A stretch of DNA of 64,000 nt, taken from a virus. How positions within the stretch are numbered: position 1 is the first letter of the stretch; every line of letters begins with the position of its first letter. Positions 56,473 to 64,000 of this stretch are shown one piece after another. The notes beneath the pieces were generated by a model. The model ran no database searches. It worked only from the letters and a program-made list of their open reading frames with translations, and was not told where the DNA came from. The translations under genes and the position numbers were made by a program. The stretch covers positions 64,001 to 128,000 of IMG/VR virus record IMGVR_UViG_3300043540_000091; one strand, given 5' to 3'.

Positions 56473-59021
56473 TAGTTACCTACCCTCGCCCAACTAAAGT
56501 AGTTAAATACGTTGCTTGCCGACGTGGACGGCGTTGTTCCATCGTTACCTGCCTTGACAGTGATGGTGTCGCCAGCGTTGCAGGAGATAATATCAGACAC
56601 TAAGTTGGCTAATGGCTTGGAGACTGAGGAAGTAAAATAATTCTGTCCCTGCGAGACTGCCGATCCGTTCTTAAGAATCTGAACCGTAATCGATTGGTTT
56701 GCAGCCGTAGTTGCGGCGGTGTGATACAGACTGGCAGTGAACATGTACTTCCCGCTCACAGGAACGGTTAGCGTTCCCGCCGAGTAGGCGCCATGCGAAT
56801 CGAAATCCTTAGTCGTGTACGTGATAGCGGAAGGCGAGGCGCTAGTTCCTGGTGTGCTTGAACTTGCGTAATACCTTCCATTCACACTCTCAGTTGCTGC
56901 TATTACTGAAGGACCAGACGTTCTCTTTACGCTAAAAACTCCGTTAGCCATTGTAGTGTTGGCAATAGAATTAGTAGTGCGAGCCTGTACGTCAATCGTA
57001 TCTCCGGCATTTAGAAAATAAGCATCCACTCTAGCAACAATAGTTTGGGCGTTACCAGTTCCTATAGTATTACTAATTGCACTATTCCCAGTAACAATTA
57101 CTGAACCATTTCTACGAATATTTAAAACTCCCATTGATGTAAATGTTCCTGATGGAATCACAATAGATCCGCCAGAATATATATCGTAATAACCAGATAC
57201 AGGTACAGTGTACGTTGTAGTATCGTTAAAACCGCCATGAGTGTCAGTAACTTTTCCAATCCAATTTATTGTAGTGGGACTGTCGCTTGTAATAGTAGTT
57301 GCTGTTTCTTGAGCTAAAAATGCAATTACACGAGTATCTGTGTCATTCGAGGCCACGACTGGGTTAGTATAACAAATGTGATAGGCAATATTGGCGTTTA
57401 TGGGGCGGGTTTCGTTTGCGGAAGCCTGCGCAGTTCCCCCAGAAGCTGCCGCAGCTTGGCTAGTATTGGCGCCTATGTAACCGCCTACTGGGCTTCCTGC
57501 ATACACATAATCAGTAACGGCTTGCTGACCATTAGTAGATTTATTTATTCCGTGGTTATGTGTTTGGAATGCATGACCTTGTACGGAACCGGGATTGTCC
57601 CCAGCATTTCCCCCTGTGTTCATGGCCGTGCGAGAAGCAGCATCTGGGTCACGTCCGGTGCTATTATTTGTTCCCCTTAAGAAACGCCCACGAAAATCGG
57701 GAAGATTGAAGGTGGTGGAATTGTCGCCGTACCCGAATGTCACTCCGATAGCTGCAAAAAGTTCAGCATATTGTGTTCTGCTTACAGCGGCACCATTGCA
57801 ATATAAATATCCAGGGGGAGGGGTCAGAGACCCTGTAGCGATTATCTGACCTACAACTCCGAACTGAGCAACAAGTGTTGGTTGAGGGCCACAGAAGAAG
57901 TCGTCAAAATAAAGAGTGACAGCGCCAGAGGTAGAGTTGGCGTTGAATACAACGACTCTATATTGCGTGCTTGAGGAGTTGGTCTGGAAGGTAGCAACAG
58001 CAGTTCCTACGCCCGCACTTTGAGTCATGCTCCAGACGCCAGCAGGCATGATCCAGCCGGATGCTCCGCCAGTCGTCACGTCGTAAAGTGCAATGCCAAA
58101 CGAGTTTGAGCTTGTCCCTGACCAGTTCGCATTGGACGGGTTCGTTACGGCTTTATAGTTGAACTTGACCGTGAGAACCTTGGATTGGTCGGACGTGTCG
58201 ATGGTAAACGCAGGAGAGGCTAGGAAGTTACCGGCTGTAGTCGCGGCACTGGATGCGTAAGAATATGAGTAAGAACCAGAGAGTTGGCCAGAGCTAACGA
58301 CAGAACCGCTCAGGTTACCAGAAGCGCCAGATCCAAACGTAGGTGAACCAGACGGGAACGCAGAGGTAAGAGAGACGTTGCCGAGAACCCAATTGCCGAC
58401 CGTGTTACTCTCGAAGTCTCCACCGTTATCTGTACCGTTGATGATGCCGAGATAGTTCTTGGCGCCAGATCCACCACCGCCACTCGCAAGGTCAGATACG
58501 ACGTTGTCCGTGCCGATTACAGCTGCGTTGCGGATCTTCCAGATCTGATCTGAATGAGCGCCTGCGCTGTGATCGACGACGATGAGGGTACCTTCAGCAA
58601 CCGTCGCGCTGGTTGTCCATCCGGCAGGCCGAGTAAGGGCCGAACCTGAACCGTTGAATATCCATAGGCCGTTCTCGGTCTGCGTCGCTTGCCCGGTCAA
58701 GAACAAGAGTTGGCCAGACGTCAGCGTGACGCCGTCGAACACGGCAGTGCCTGGGTTGGAGATCGTGATGTTAGACGTCTCCAAGGCCTTCGGAACGTAC
58801 GAGGCTACTCCGCGAGCATTTACGAACGCTTCGGTCGCGAGATTCGATCCGGAGTGCTGAGGTAGCGATGCGAACTCGATGATGTCAGACGTGTTAACGC
58901 GAAGGAGATTGACGTTGCCGGAGTTCGCGGCATTGCGGCCATGTAAATATTGAGCATTACGAAGCAATATCTTCGTGTCATCGACCTGATCTGCTCCAAT
59001 AAACTGCTTTAAAATGTTCAT
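56472..59021 (-). CDS. tail fibre protein with tail-collar domain and C1q-like C-terminal domains (849 aa)
   Basis: Collar motif PPGYLYCNGAAVSRTQYAELFAAIG..FNLPDFRGRFLRG. Two YTVPVSG.Y..LNAGDTI-type modules. Confidence 0.8.
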   Translation of the reverse strand: MNILKQFIGADQVDDTKILLRNAQYLHGRNAANSGNVNLLRVNTSDIIEFASLPQHSGSNLATEAFVNARGVASYVPKALETSNITISNPGTAVFDGVTLTSGQLLFLTGQATQTENGLWIFNGSGSALTRPAGWTTSATVAEGTLIVVDHSAGAHSDQIWKIRNAAVIGTDNVVSDLASGGGGSGAKNYLGIINGTDNGGDFESNTVGNWVLGNVSLTSAFPSGSPTFGSGASGNLSGSVVSSGQLSGSYSYSYASSAATTAGNFLASPAFTIDTSDQSKVLTVKFNYKAVTNPSNANWSGTSSNSFGIALYDVTTGGASGWIMPAGVWSMTQSAGVGTAVATFQTNSSSTQYRVVVFNANSTSGAVTLYFDDFFCGPQPTLVAQFGVVGQIIATGSLTPPPGYLYCNGAAVSRTQYAELFAAIGVTFGYGDNSTTFNLPDFRGRFLRGTNNSTGRDPDAASRTAMNTGGNAGDNPGSVQGHAFQTHNHGINKSTNGQQAVTDYVYAGSPVGGYIGANTSQAAAASGGTAQASANETRPINANIAYHICYTNPVVASNDTDTRVIAFLAQETATTITSDSPTTINWIGKVTDTHGGFNDTTTYTVPVSGYYDIYSGGSIVIPSGTFTSMGVLNIRRNGSVIVTGNSAISNTIGTGNAQTIVARVDAYFLNAGDTIDVQARTTNSIANTTMANGVFSVKRTSGPSVIAATESVNGRYYASSSTPGTSASPSAITYTTKDFDSHGAYSAGTLTVPVSGKYMFTASLYHTAATTAANQSITVQILKNGSAVSQGQNYFTSSVSKPLANLVSDIISCNAGDTITVKAGNDGTTPSTSASNVFNYFSWARVGN

Positions 59022-59047
59022 GTCATTTCCTTAATACGATGCCTGAT

Positions 59048-59055
59048 AGATTAGG
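59048..59055 (-). promoter_or_regulatory. putative late promoter box CCTAATCT
   Basis: Upstream of the 849-aa fibre gene. Confidence 0.5.
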
Positions 59056-59056
59056 A

Positions 59057-60676
59057 TTATGTCCAGTAGACTATGCGGAAGCGATTGCCTGCGACTAGGG
59101 TACCAGCCAAAGGTCCTGCACTCCAGCTCAAAACTGCTCCGGATACAGTGTATTCGACCGAGTACTCCTGCGTACCGCCGCCGTCTAATATATCCAGCAT
59201 CGTTTTAGAGGGAGTCGCAGGTGTGGCACCTAAGATCAGCTGATTAGCACTCGCTTCGCCGGACGTCAAGGTGCGGTATTCTACGGTCGGAGCAGCTGAG
59301 CTAGCCGCAGCCCATCCGCCCTTACCAGTCGTCTGATCGACGAGCTGCCAGACGTACCCGTTAGACGCAGAGGCCAGCGATTGGTCCTGAATCTTGAGCG
59401 CTCTGGAGTTGACGATTACGTCGCCGCGATTGCCTATGTTCGCGTTACCGGTCGTGATGTTGATATTACCGGTTTGTTCGGTAGCGAAGTTGAAGTAGTT
59501 GCCGGTGAACAAGTTGAGGTCCGCAGACGGAATACCTCGACCGGTACCTACCCAGACTGCTCCAGCAGCGCCGCCGCCGTTGGCGTCTTGAGACTGCAAC
59601 CCGACCGGGATAGACAGTAAGTTATTGTCGGTTCCAACAAGCGCCAGCTGCGTACCGCCCTTGATACCGGCGGACCAGTATCCAAGAACGCCCTTGGTGT
59701 TACTCGAACCATCTACCGCCCACAAGAACTGGTTGTACAAGTTAGCCCATGGCTTGCTTCCAGATCCAAGTGATCTTACTAACGCGGTGTCGGCTACTAA
59801 GCTCTGATTGATCGATGTCGGGTTGGTTAAGTTCGACAAAGCACTGTTCGCGAAAGATCCACCTGGAGCTGTGCTGAAGTTCAAGTTCGAGTCTGGTACA
59901 GACCACGTTCTGGTTGTACCGGTGGTTATGCCGGACACCTCGAAAGAAAGCTTCTTGGTGATATCTCCGTCGTCATGAATCCTGAATACGGAATCCGAAA
60001 CGTCGGCTGCCGCAGCAGTCGTCCACGTTAGATTGCCTGACCCATCCGTAGTCAATACCTGATTCGCGCTACCGTCTGCTGCCGGAAGCGTCCAAATCAT
60101 ATCTGCGGAGATCGATGAGGGAGCTACAAACCCGACGCCATACGTATCGGTCGAGTTCAAGAACTTTAACTCTGTCGAGTTCAGAAGATCCATCGCCGGA
60201 GCGGTTACTATAACATGGCCGCGTGTACCGCCGGTAGTCGCGCCGATCTTCAGCCTCAAGTTGCCGGTATCGCCGGTCCCAGAATCTCCAGTCTGAACGA
60301 ATACATCGCCGGACGCATCCGATCCGGCAGTGTTCGCGCTCTCGAGAGCTATCGATCCCATGTATGCGCTAGACAGTTGATTCGCGTCAAGGATCGACGT
60401 TATATACGCTTGGCTCCACGATGTCGCGCTTGAGCCAAGGTTTATACCTATACCGGACGGAACTAAGTCAACCCCGATTGCAGTCGGACCAGTCAGGTTT
60501 GATAGAGTCTGATTCGCCCATATGCCGCCAAAGTCAGACCATGAAGATCCGTTGTAGTATCTAAGCGAGTTCGCGGTGGAGTTGTAGTATATCTCGCCGG
60601 GACGACCAGATACAGGGTCCGAAGGAAGCCCAGGCCACAACCGTAAGAATTCAAATGACCGCGAAGGATTGCTCAT
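59057..60676 (-). CDS. tail fibre-like protein (539 aa)
   Basis: Modules shared with neighbouring fibres (AN.ALSNLT..SINQ.L; WTLPAADG..QVL.TDG.GNL; YYN...LR.Y.G..W). Confidence 0.72.
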   Translation of the reverse strand: MSNPSRSFEFLRLWPGLPSDPVSGRPGEIYYNSTANSLRYYNGSSWSDFGGIWANQTLSNLTGPTAIGVDLVPSGIGINLGSSATSWSQAYITSILDANQLSSAYMGSIALESANTAGSDASGDVFVQTGDSGTGDTGNLRLKIGATTGGTRGHVIVTAPAMDLLNSTELKFLNSTDTYGVGFVAPSSISADMIWTLPAADGSANQVLTTDGSGNLTWTTAAAADVSDSVFRIHDDGDITKKLSFEVSGITTGTTRTWSVPDSNLNFSTAPGGSFANSALSNLTNPTSINQSLVADTALVRSLGSGSKPWANLYNQFLWAVDGSSNTKGVLGYWSAGIKGGTQLALVGTDNNLLSIPVGLQSQDANGGGAAGAVWVGTGRGIPSADLNLFTGNYFNFATEQTGNINITTGNANIGNRGDVIVNSRALKIQDQSLASASNGYVWQLVDQTTGKGGWAAASSAAPTVEYRTLTSGEASANQLILGATPATPSKTMLDILDGGGTQEYSVEYTVSGAVLSWSAGPLAGTLVAGNRFRIVYWT

Positions 60677-60677
60677 G

Positions 60678-61289
60678 TTAGAACGCCCTTATAATATAAA
60701 GGATAGCCGTGTTGACTGGCCTGGATTCTTTGCCTTTTCTAAAAGTTCCATACGAAGGGTCGGTCAGCGCTGCTCGCCCGGTACAGTTTGACAGAATGCT
60801 TGCTCCAGACGTATTTACGATCACGTAGTTTCCCGCGTGCGTCTGATAACGAGCCGCTTGGACGTTCCCATAGATAACATGCCAATGTCCCTGAATCGAA
60901 TCCGTTTCGTAGCTACCGACCCCAGACGCAGATCCTCCCACGTTTTGGGCACCGCGAGGGCCGAAATCTCTGCTTGCTGCGCCGGTGCCCATATTGTCGA
61001 TCCCGCGCAGAAAGCCGCCTCGATAATCGGGAACATTGAACGCGGTACCTACAAGGCCAGAATTGGTCACGCCATCCTTCTGCTTCGTTCCGTTACCATG
61101 ACCTTGCCCGATTGCTGCATAGAGAGCTTGATACGCAGCTTGCGTATACGGAGATCCGTCGCATAGGAGCCAGCCTACGGGAAGTGTAGTTCCAGCCTGC
61201 GCTGTCCATGGCAATACGGTGCCGATCGGAAGGCCGTATGAAGTCTCCGCTCGACTGTTAACTGTTTGTGACCTGGCGTAGTTCGGCAT
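60678..61289 (-). CDS. tail collar domain protein 3
   Basis: PIGTVL..GWLLCDG..FNVPDYRGGFLRG..ESRPVN. Confidence 0.85.
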   Translation of the reverse strand: MPNYARSQTVNSRAETSYGLPIGTVLPWTAQAGTTLPVGWLLCDGSPYTQAAYQALYAAIGQGHGNGTKQKDGVTNSGLVGTAFNVPDYRGGFLRGIDNMGTGAASRDFGPRGAQNVGGSASGVGSYETDSIQGHWHVIYGNVQAARYQTHAGNYVIVNTSGASILSNCTGRAALTDPSYGTFRKGKESRPVNTAILYIIRAF

Positions 61290-61290
61290 C

Positions 61291-61911
61291 TTAGTAAGCC
61301 CTTATGATGAACAGTACGGCGCTGTTCATAGGACGAGTCTCAGAAGAAACCTGCGGAGTCCCGTGTCCGCTAGTATCTGCAACGATATCTCTCCCAGTAT
61401 TACCAGAATTTGCCGGACCTACTCCACCAACGTGGTTGTAGTTGCCGTGAGCAGATCCGCTAAGCTCGATCGCTCCCCTGGCATCGTGCCAGTGTCCTTG
61501 GAATTGATCAACCTCTTTACTGCCAACTCCTGTTGCAGTTCCTGTACCGCCGTTATTAGCCGCAGTTCTCGTGCGTACGGTCAGGTCATCCGAACCTCTA
61601 GCGCCGGTACCCATATTATCAATGCCGCGAAGGAAGCGACCTCGATAATCAGGCACGTTGAACTTCGCGCCAGCCGGAAGCCCAGAAGCAGCGCCGTTTG
61701 CGGTGAAGGTGCCGTCCCCATGGAAAGTTCCGATGATTGCGTATAATCTTGGATATAAGGATGCCATGTACGGATATCCGTCGCATAGTATGAAGCCGTT
61801 TGGCAGCGATGCAGAAGAGTTTCCAGACCAAGCAAGAACCGTCCCGATCGGCACGATCGAAGTCGAGGATAAGCGGTTATTTAATGTCTGCGTTCCCCCG
61901 TAGTTTGGCAT
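61291..61911 (-). CDS. tail collar domain protein 2
   Basis: PIGTVL..FILCDG..FNVPDYRGRFLRG..ETRPMN. Confidence 0.85.
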   Translation of the reverse strand: MPNYGGTQTLNNRLSSTSIVPIGTVLAWSGNSSASLPNGFILCDGYPYMASLYPRLYAIIGTFHGDGTFTANGAASGLPAGAKFNVPDYRGRFLRGIDNMGTGARGSDDLTVRTRTAANNGGTGTATGVGSKEVDQFQGHWHDARGAIELSGSAHGNYNHVGGVGPANSGNTGRDIVADTSGHGTPQVSSETRPMNSAVLFIIRAY

Positions 61912-62474
61912 CAGAACGCCCTCACATAATATAGCACCGCCGAGTTAACGGCGCGAGTTTCTGACGATACTCGCGGTGCGCCGCTGACACCATCACTTAA
62001 CATATCGCCAAGCCTGGTCGGTCGAGCAGAGACTGGACCGGCGTTGTACAAGTCAGACGATTGGTTATCACAAGAGCTGCCCATGCACCAGAACTCGTGC
62101 CAGTGACCTTGCATGGCGAAGTTCTCGACGCTTCCATTCCCGGCGGCTGTCCCTCCGGCTGCCTGTGCGCTGCGAGGTCCGAAATCTAAACTTGAGCTTA
62201 TAGATCTTCCGTCCATCGTCTGATGTCCACGCTGAAAGCGGCCTCTATAATCAGGGAGATTAAAGTTAGCGCCGGAACCGCCATGCCCGTACTGCATGAT
62301 TGCGAACAACGCTGGATACAGAGTCGTAGAAACGCTCGCGCCATCACAGAGCAGCCAGCCGTCCGGAATCGCAGAGCCAACGAACGCAGCGCTCGGAAGG
62401 ACCGCTCCGATCGGTATATCGAGCTGCCGATCGGCTCCGTTTCTTAATGTTGGACTTCCACCATAGTTCGGCAT
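61911..62474 (-). CDS. tail collar domain protein 1
   Basis: PIGAVL..GWLLCDG..FNLPDYRGRFQRG..ETRAVN. Confidence 0.85.
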   Translation of the reverse strand: MPNYGGSPTLRNGADRQLDIPIGAVLPSAAFVGSAIPDGWLLCDGASVSTTLYPALFAIMQYGHGGSGANFNLPDYRGRFQRGHQTMDGRSISSSLDFGPRSAQAAGGTAAGNGSVENFAMQGHWHEFWCMGSSCDNQSSDLYNAGPVSARPTRLGDMLSDGVSGAPRVSSETRAVNSAVLYYVRAF

Positions 62475-62481
62475 ACTGTCC

Positions 62482-63639
62482 TTAATAGAACATCGTGTCT
62501 ACATCTGTGTTTGGCCCAGTCGCACCGATCGTGTAGCTTATACCGATGCGATTAGTATTCGTTCCGCGTATGAAGTTCCGATACATCCGATTGTTTGTTC
62601 CGCCGAGGGCGACGGCGATATTCGTTCCGACGTCAGTACATGCTGTCATGTCAAAGTTGCATTCCTTGAACGTGCAAGCGTTACTGCTGATCGTAACCAT
62701 CGTTCCGGTGAACGTAGAGTCGGCTGTTAACTGTACGCATTCCATTCCACTGAATGCATTTGAGAAAGTGATCGACGCGCCGTTGACCACGTTTATAGCT
62801 TGAAATGCAGCTGCGGGACTTGATCCTCCGCCGCGACCCAGCAGTTTTGTATTCGCGGGGATTACCTTGGGAGTTGTTATGCTGAAACCTCCCTTGATAA
62901 GGATGATGCCGCCGCCTGCTGCTCCGCACAGCGTGATCGCCTGGTCAAGCTGCGCCTCGTTCTCAACGAAGTTTGTCGGCCACGGAGTGATACCCTCTAC
63001 GATGACTGCTCCGAGAGTCGACGCGGTTCCAGAGGGCCAGCGGATACCGTGAGGTACCCACCAGATGTCCGTGCCGCGACGGATGGCGAGAGGGATGTTG
63101 AAGATCGTTCCGCCGGTAGGACTCTGCTTGATCTTAGGAAGACCAGCCGCGACCGTCGTCTTCAAGAGCCGTAAGCCCACTGTCGTACCGCCGCCGTTGA
63201 CCGCGTTGTTCACGTTGAACAGAGTGCCTTGGTCGATGAGGAGCGAGCTGTTAAGCTCGAAGTAGAGCATGTCGCCATCGGCCATCGGAAGGTTTAGGAA
63301 CGACGTGGGACCGTTAGCACCGGTGGTGCCAGCCATCTTCAGCTGGAAGGACGGGTTGACGGAACCTTCTGAGCCAAGGATTTCGAGGATCGCGTCGTTT
63401 GCCTGCGCGGAGTCGTCGAATCGAATCTCGCTTCCGGACCAGAAGATGTTACCGTTCGAGCGCAAGATGAATGTGGACTTACGAGCGACCTCGACGATCG
63501 CCTGCATCGCGGCCTGCAGCTGAAGCAGAGCGTTAGACTGCGGCTGTGAGGTATCGTCCAGAGGCATCTTCTTATCGACGGCTACCTCTGACAGTTTCGT
63601 ATCGCCCGAGTTCGCGGGACGTTGATCATCGTAGTTCAT
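62482..63639 (-). CDS. tail-associated protein with short beta-helix-like C-terminus
   Basis: LDQAI..GGGIILIKG..IPANTKLLG pattern typical of pectin-lyase-fold N-caps. Confidence 0.55.
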   Translation of the reverse strand: MNYDDQRPANSGDTKLSEVAVDKKMPLDDTSQPQSNALLQLQAAMQAIVEVARKSTFILRSNGNIFWSGSEIRFDDSAQANDAILEILGSEGSVNPSFQLKMAGTTGANGPTSFLNLPMADGDMLYFELNSSLLIDQGTLFNVNNAVNGGGTTVGLRLLKTTVAAGLPKIKQSPTGGTIFNIPLAIRRGTDIWWVPHGIRWPSGTASTLGAVIVEGITPWPTNFVENEAQLDQAITLCGAAGGGIILIKGGFSITTPKVIPANTKLLGRGGGSSPAAAFQAINVVNGASITFSNAFSGMECVQLTADSTFTGTMVTISSNACTFKECNFDMTACTDVGTNIAVALGGTNNRMYRNFIRGTNTNRIGISYTIGATGPNTDVDTMFY

Positions 63640-63845
63640 TATTGAACCTCCAAGACTTTTCTAGCCACTGCGATTCCAAGCGGTGTCGGACGTAGATCTT
63701 CATCTATAAGTTCTAACGCATCAAGCTTGTACCAGGCCCTGCCGAAGCAGTACCATGCCTTGTCGCCAGCACCGGCGGCCTCATGGATCATCATCGCGTC
63801 ATTGCGAGTGACGTCATCGAGAACGTACTCAATCTTCTTTCGCAC
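63639..63845 (-). CDS. hypothetical protein (68 aa)
   Basis: TAATG-coupled to the next gene. Confidence 0.5.
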   Translation of the reverse strand: MRKKIEYVLDDVTRNDAMMIHEAAGAGDKAWYCFGRAWYKLDALELIDEDLRPTPLGIAVARKVLEVQ

Positions 63846-64000
63846 TTTCTATCTCCACGTTCTTTATCTCGACGTCCTTGATGATGGACTCATTCATCTT
63901 CACGGAGGCGTACATCTCCAGTTTCACGATACCAAGACCGCGAGCGTCCACCTTGACTTCGATGGACTGAGTATGTCTCACAGGTTGACCGTTCATGAGG
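63829..64000 (-). CDS. 3' end of a hypothetical protein entering from beyond the window
   Basis: Open frame LMNGQPVRHTQSIEVKVDARG..ESAKED*. Confidence 0.45.
   Translation of the reverse strand, partial: LMNGQPVRHTQSIEVKVDARGLGIVKLEMYASVKMNESIIKDVEIKNVEIESAKED

Noticed and set aside
54000-62474. Diversity-generating retroelement or invertase shufflon acting on the fibre genes
   Set aside because: No reverse transcriptase or recombinase was seen in the window. The repeats are direct and N-terminal, and their differences are not adenine-specific.
1-64000. Alternative genetic code (stop-codon reassignment)
   Set aside because: Genes are full length and tightly packed under code 11, and TAA, TAG and TGA all end genes at sensible boundaries.
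1-64000. tRNA, rRNA or tmRNA genes; integrase or prophage boundaries
   Set aside because: Intergenic gaps are short and I saw no cloverleaf signatures by eye (tRNAscan/ARAGORN would be decisive). There is no integrase, and host-like genes (groEL, def, map, dnaE) are divergent and embedded among phage genes.

Overview
This window is a 64-kb piece of a large tailed dsDNA phage genome (jumbo-like) using the standard genetic code. I saw no tRNA, rRNA or CRISPR array. It has three blocks. (1) 1-22.2 kb, minus strand: packaging and head module with putative TerS, TerL, portal, MuF-like protein, a prohead protease fused to a kinase-like domain, a 2170-aa protein and a probable scaffold. It is preceded by an SF2 helicase, a sigma factor, a GroES-like protein and an Mre11-like nuclease. 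(2) 22.3-54 kb, mostly plus strand: an initiator-like wHTH next to an iteron/AT-rich origin candidate, DnaB, GroEL, Rad50, RuvC, DnaE, gp32-like SSB, UvsY/RecA, primase, dNMP kinase, peptide deformylase, Met aminopeptidase, proteases and an M15 lysin. (3) 54-64 kb, minus strand: tail fibre and collar genes with duplications and collapsed paralog remnants. The most striking items are a full-length plant TAA1/alliinase-family PLP enzyme (26541-27539), the protease-kinase fusion, a near-complete nascent-protein maturation set (Def, Map, GroEL, GroES-like, FKBP-like), and two promoter classes: TGGTATnnT (often leaderless) and a putative late CCTAATCT box that may pair with a sigma factor lacking region 4.2. 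All family assignments come from motif recognition by eye; no database search was run.
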